From positions 1 to 25,748 of the IMG/VR virus record IMGVR_UViG_3300048080_000299: DNA of 25,748 nucleotides; one strand, written 5' to 3'. Position 1 is the stretch's first letter. Each line of letters starts with the position of its first letter. This DNA is from a virus. Its lineage: Duplodnaviria; Caudoviricetes. The notes beneath the pieces were generated by a model that saw nothing but the letters and a program-made list of their open reading frames with translations, was not told the DNA's origin and made no database searches. This document shows positions 22,728-25,748 of the stretch, one piece after another. A program made the translations under genes and the position numbers.

Positions 22728-22978
22728 CCGTCGATCGGAAACCGTTGACGAAGATGGAGAGCCGCGATCCCAAGTCGATCCGGTTCACGCCCACGGAATG
22801 GGATGCCGTGTCAGGAGCCGCCCGTCGCCGCGGATTCGAGCCTGCGGTCTTCGCCCGGATGCTGACCATGTATGGCCTGAGTATCGCCGAGGCCCCCACG
22901 CTGGCGGAAGCCGCTGCATGGGTTCCCGCATTGGGCCGAGAGATGCTCACGGGTTCTCAGAGAATCCGGAGGTTCTGA
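22724..22978 (+). CDS. Ribbon-helix-helix DNA-binding protein
   Basis: ATGA overlap; KSIRFTPTEWDAV..AARRRG...AVFAR. Confidence 0.65.
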   Translation: MTVDRKPLTKMESRDPKSIRFTPTEWDAVSGAARRRGFEPAVFARMLTMYGLSIAEAPTLAEAAAWVPALGREMLTGSQRIRRF

Positions 22979-22981
22979 GAG

Positions 22982-24094
22982 ATGCCGTTGAAGGAAAGGC
23001 GATCTCGCCGTACTACGAAGGGGAAGCGAAATCCACAACCGAATGTCCCCCGGATAACGCGCAAATCACGGCAGGTCATCTCCGATAATGGACGTCCTCT
23101 ACCTGGGAAATCCCTCGCGCGGATCGTGGCCTTACCCGACCGACTCGCGCCGTCCTCTCTCGCGCAGGCGATGGAGCTCGCCAAGTTCCTCGCGGGGTCG
23201 GACATGGTTCCCAAGGATTACCGCGACAAGCCCGGGAACATCGTGATCGCCATCAGCCTCGGGCACGAGATCGGCCTCAAGTGGGCGCAGGCCCTTCAGA
23301 ACATCGCCGTCATCGGCGGACGGCCGACGCTGTGGGGCGATGCCGGGCTCGGGATCGTGATGAGCCATCCCGAGTACCAGTGGCACCGCGAAGAGGACGA
23401 TGCCCAGACGGAGACGGCCACCTGCACGATGAAGCGGCGCGGGCTCGACCCCGTGGTGCGAACCTTTAGCCAGGCCGATGCCGAGCGGATCACGGTGTGG
23501 GAGAACGGCCGGCAGGTCCCGTTGGCCGATCGCCCGGTCTGGAAGGCGGGCTACAAGAAGCGGATGCGGCAGATGCGCGCCCGCTGGTGGGCGATGAAAG
23601 ACTCCTTTCCCGATGCCCTCAAGGGAGTGGAGGGACGGGAATACGTCGAGGATGATCTGACGGCGAAGGCCCCGGGCCCCGTTCAACCGTTTCGGGTCGA
23701 TGATGTGATGCCGCGGCGCCTCCCCGTCGAGGCCTCGGGAGTCCGCCCGGCGGCAGAGCCTCCACGCAAGGCGGAGGAGCAGCCTGGCGCCGCCCCTCCT
23801 CCGCCCCCGGCACGGGATGAGAGTGCGGCCCCGGTCGCCCCCCAACCCGGACAGTTGACCATCGAGATCAATGGCCGCCAGGTCATCACCAACGGCATCA
23901 CGAAAGATATGCTCCTCAAGAGCTTCAAGCTCGCCGCCCTGGTGGACGAGCTCGAAGGCAAGGGGAAAGCCAAGGACCTCCTGGGCCGGGATTTCGGTGT
24001 CGAGCATCGGAGCGAGTTGACGGAGGAGCAGGGAAAGCAGTACGTCGCCACGCTCGTCGCCATCATCAACAAGCACGAGAGGAAGAAAGCGTGA
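22982..24094 (+). CDS. RecT/Red-beta-like single-strand annealing protein
   Basis: LA.S.MVPKDYRDKP.N...AI..G.EIGL...QALQNIAVI.GRPTLWG; W....KRM.QMRAR.WA.KD.FPDALKG; Pro-rich linker and small C-terminal domain. Confidence 0.82.
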   Translation: MPLKERRSRRTTKGKRNPQPNVPRITRKSRQVISDNGRPLPGKSLARIVALPDRLAPSSLAQAMELAKFLAGSDMVPKDYRDKPGNIVIAISLGHEIGLKWAQALQNIAVIGGRPTLWGDAGLGIVMSHPEYQWHREEDDAQTETATCTMKRRGLDPVVRTFSQADAERITVWENGRQVPLADRPVWKAGYKKRMRQMRARWWAMKDSFPDALKGVEGREYVEDDLTAKAPGPVQPFRVDDVMPRRLPVEASGVRPAAEPPRKAEEQPGAAPPPPPARDESAAPVAPQPGQLTIEINGRQVITNGITKDMLLKSFKLAALVDELEGKGKAKDLLGRDFGVEHRSELTEEQGKQYVATLVAIINKHERKKA

Positions 24095-24675
24095 CGACGG
24101 CGACGGACACGACCGTTCTCCCCCGAGTCTCGGAGATCCTCCAGGTGGCCGGCTTGGGGTTCGACCCCACGGGGATCCCGCCGGCGAGGCTGGAATATGC
24201 GCGACTGCGCGGGACGGCCCTGCATCTGGCGATCCGTTACCACCATGAAGGCGTCCTGGACGAGACGAGCCTGCACCCGGACCTCCTGCCTGGCTTTGAA
24301 GCCTACCTCCGGTTCCTCGCCGATACGAAGCACGAGCCGATCGCCAGCGAGCTCGAGCTCATTCACCCCACGTACGGCTTCATGGGCCATGCGGACCGGA
24401 TCGGCTGGTTGAACGGCAAACGGGTTCTCCTCGACTGGAAATACACCGAGGCCTTCCAGTTTTGGCCGGTCGCCTATCAGCTCGCCGGCTACCGGCTCCT
24501 CTGGAACGCCGTGCATCCGACGGAGCTGGTCACCCAAGCGTTCGCCCTCCAGCTCCATCCCAAGAGCGAGAAATATCAGCTCCGCGTGGTCGAGGCCGAG
24601 AAGTACGAGCAGACCTTCCTGGCGGCCCTGGTCGTCTGGCGGGCTCGCCAGCTCATGGGAAGGGCCACCGAATGA
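24091..24675 (+). CDS. PD-(D/E)XK exonuclease, likely partner of the annealase
   Basis: GTGA overlap; PRVSEIL, RGTALH, GHADRI, LLDWK, YQLAGY. Confidence 0.85.
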   Translation: MTTATDTTVLPRVSEILQVAGLGFDPTGIPPARLEYARLRGTALHLAIRYHHEGVLDETSLHPDLLPGFEAYLRFLADTKHEPIASELELIHPTYGFMGHADRIGWLNGKRVLLDWKYTEAFQFWPVAYQLAGYRLLWNAVHPTELVTQAFALQLHPKSEKYQLRVVEAEKYEQTFLAALVVWRARQLMGRATE

Positions 24676-25355
24676 CGCTGGCGACCCAGGATCTCCAGGT
24701 CGAGGCCCTCGGGTTGGCTGAGGAAGTGGCCACTCTCCAGGTCATCGACCAGCCGTCCTTCGACCGAGCCGGGCTCATGCTCCGGACCGTGAAGGATTAT
24801 CTCAAGCGCGTCGGCGAAGTCCTGGATCCGATCATCCGGGCGGCGCATGAGGCGCACAAGCTCGCTGTCGAGCAGAAGCGGAAGCTCGACGCGCCGGCGC
24901 TGAGCGCGGAGCTGACCCTCAAGCGGGCGCTGGCAGGCCATGAGGAGCGGGAACGCCAGCGGGTCCGGGAGGCCGAGCAACAGGCGGACGCGATCCGCCG
25001 CCAGCTCGAGGAGGAAGCAAAGCTCAAGGCTGCCCTCGAGGCCGAGGCCCGCGGCGATGACAAGGGCGCCGAGCAGATCCTCGAGGCGCCCACACCCCCG
25101 GCCCCGATCATCGTCCCGACCGTCGTCGGGCCAGCACTGCCCAAGACCGAGGGCGTGAGTTTCAAGACCACCTATCGGGCGGAGGTCGTGGATCTGAGGG
25201 CCCTGGTGGATGCTATCGCCGGCGGCAAGGCCTCCGTCGCCTACGTCCTGCCGAACTTGCCAGCGTTGAACCAGGCGGCCCGAGCGCTCAAGGAAGAGCT
25301 GCGGATCCCCGGCGTGCGCGTGATTCCCGAGCGCGTGACCGCGGTGCGGACCTAA
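24672..25355 (+). CDS. Coiled-coil protein, Gp157/Gam-like (227 aa)
   Basis: ATGA overlap; long heptad region, then GVSFKTTY..EVVD...YVLPN..ALN..A......IPGVRV. Confidence 0.65.
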   Translation: MTLATQDLQVEALGLAEEVATLQVIDQPSFDRAGLMLRTVKDYLKRVGEVLDPIIRAAHEAHKLAVEQKRKLDAPALSAELTLKRALAGHEERERQRVREAEQQADAIRRQLEEEAKLKAALEAEARGDDKGAEQILEAPTPPAPIIVPTVVGPALPKTEGVSFKTTYRAEVVDLRALVDAIAGGKASVAYVLPNLPALNQAARALKEELRIPGVRVIPERVTAVRT

Positions 25356-25459
25356 TGCCCGCGTTGCTCGCCGCGGCCGCGCTCTATGTCGCCCTCCTGG
25401 TCGGATTCTGCTGGCTGTGGGATCGGGTGGAGCGGCCGCCGTGGCGGATCCCGCAGTAG
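25355..25459 (+). CDS. Tiny single-TM protein (34 aa)
   Basis: TAATG overlap; MPALLAAAALYVALLVGFCWLWDRVERPPWRIPQ. Confidence 0.5.
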   Translation: MPALLAAAALYVALLVGFCWLWDRVERPPWRIPQ

Positions 25460-25506
25460 TGCCGAGGCAATTTGTCCATGACATCACGCCGAAGGAGGCG
25501 CTGCCG

Positions 25507-25748
<242 letters not shown>

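Overview
A contiguous, GC-rich tailed-phage (siphovirus-type) genome segment, almost entirely on the + strand. Gene order: terminase small and large subunits, HK97-type portal, prohead protease, major capsid protein, putative cement protein, neck genes, tail tube, two tail chaperone genes, tape measure, tail tip/fibre genes, small accessory ORFs, lysis cassette (holin-like protein, GH108 endolysin, lipoprotein, DUF1353), a lower-GC antisense PD-(D/E)XK nuclease, a thermonuclease, a cI/cro-like divergent switch, and an early recombination operon (RecT-like, PD-(D/E)XK exonuclease, Gp157/Gam-like). No integrase or replication genes are visible, and the window ends in a probable poly-G sequencing artefact. 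Most notable observations: (1) the tail chaperone appears to be duplicated into separate G and G'-T genes instead of using the usual programmed frameshift; (2) a roughly 155-nt four-hairpin leader with its own promoter-like sequence precedes the capsid gene; (3) the tail hub gene appears split by an inserted fibre gene and carries nested domain insertions; (4) three operator-like palindromes are spaced exactly 34 bp apart, next to a repressor with no peptidase domain and a small membrane partner. All family assignments come from motif recognition and synteny; no database searches were run.
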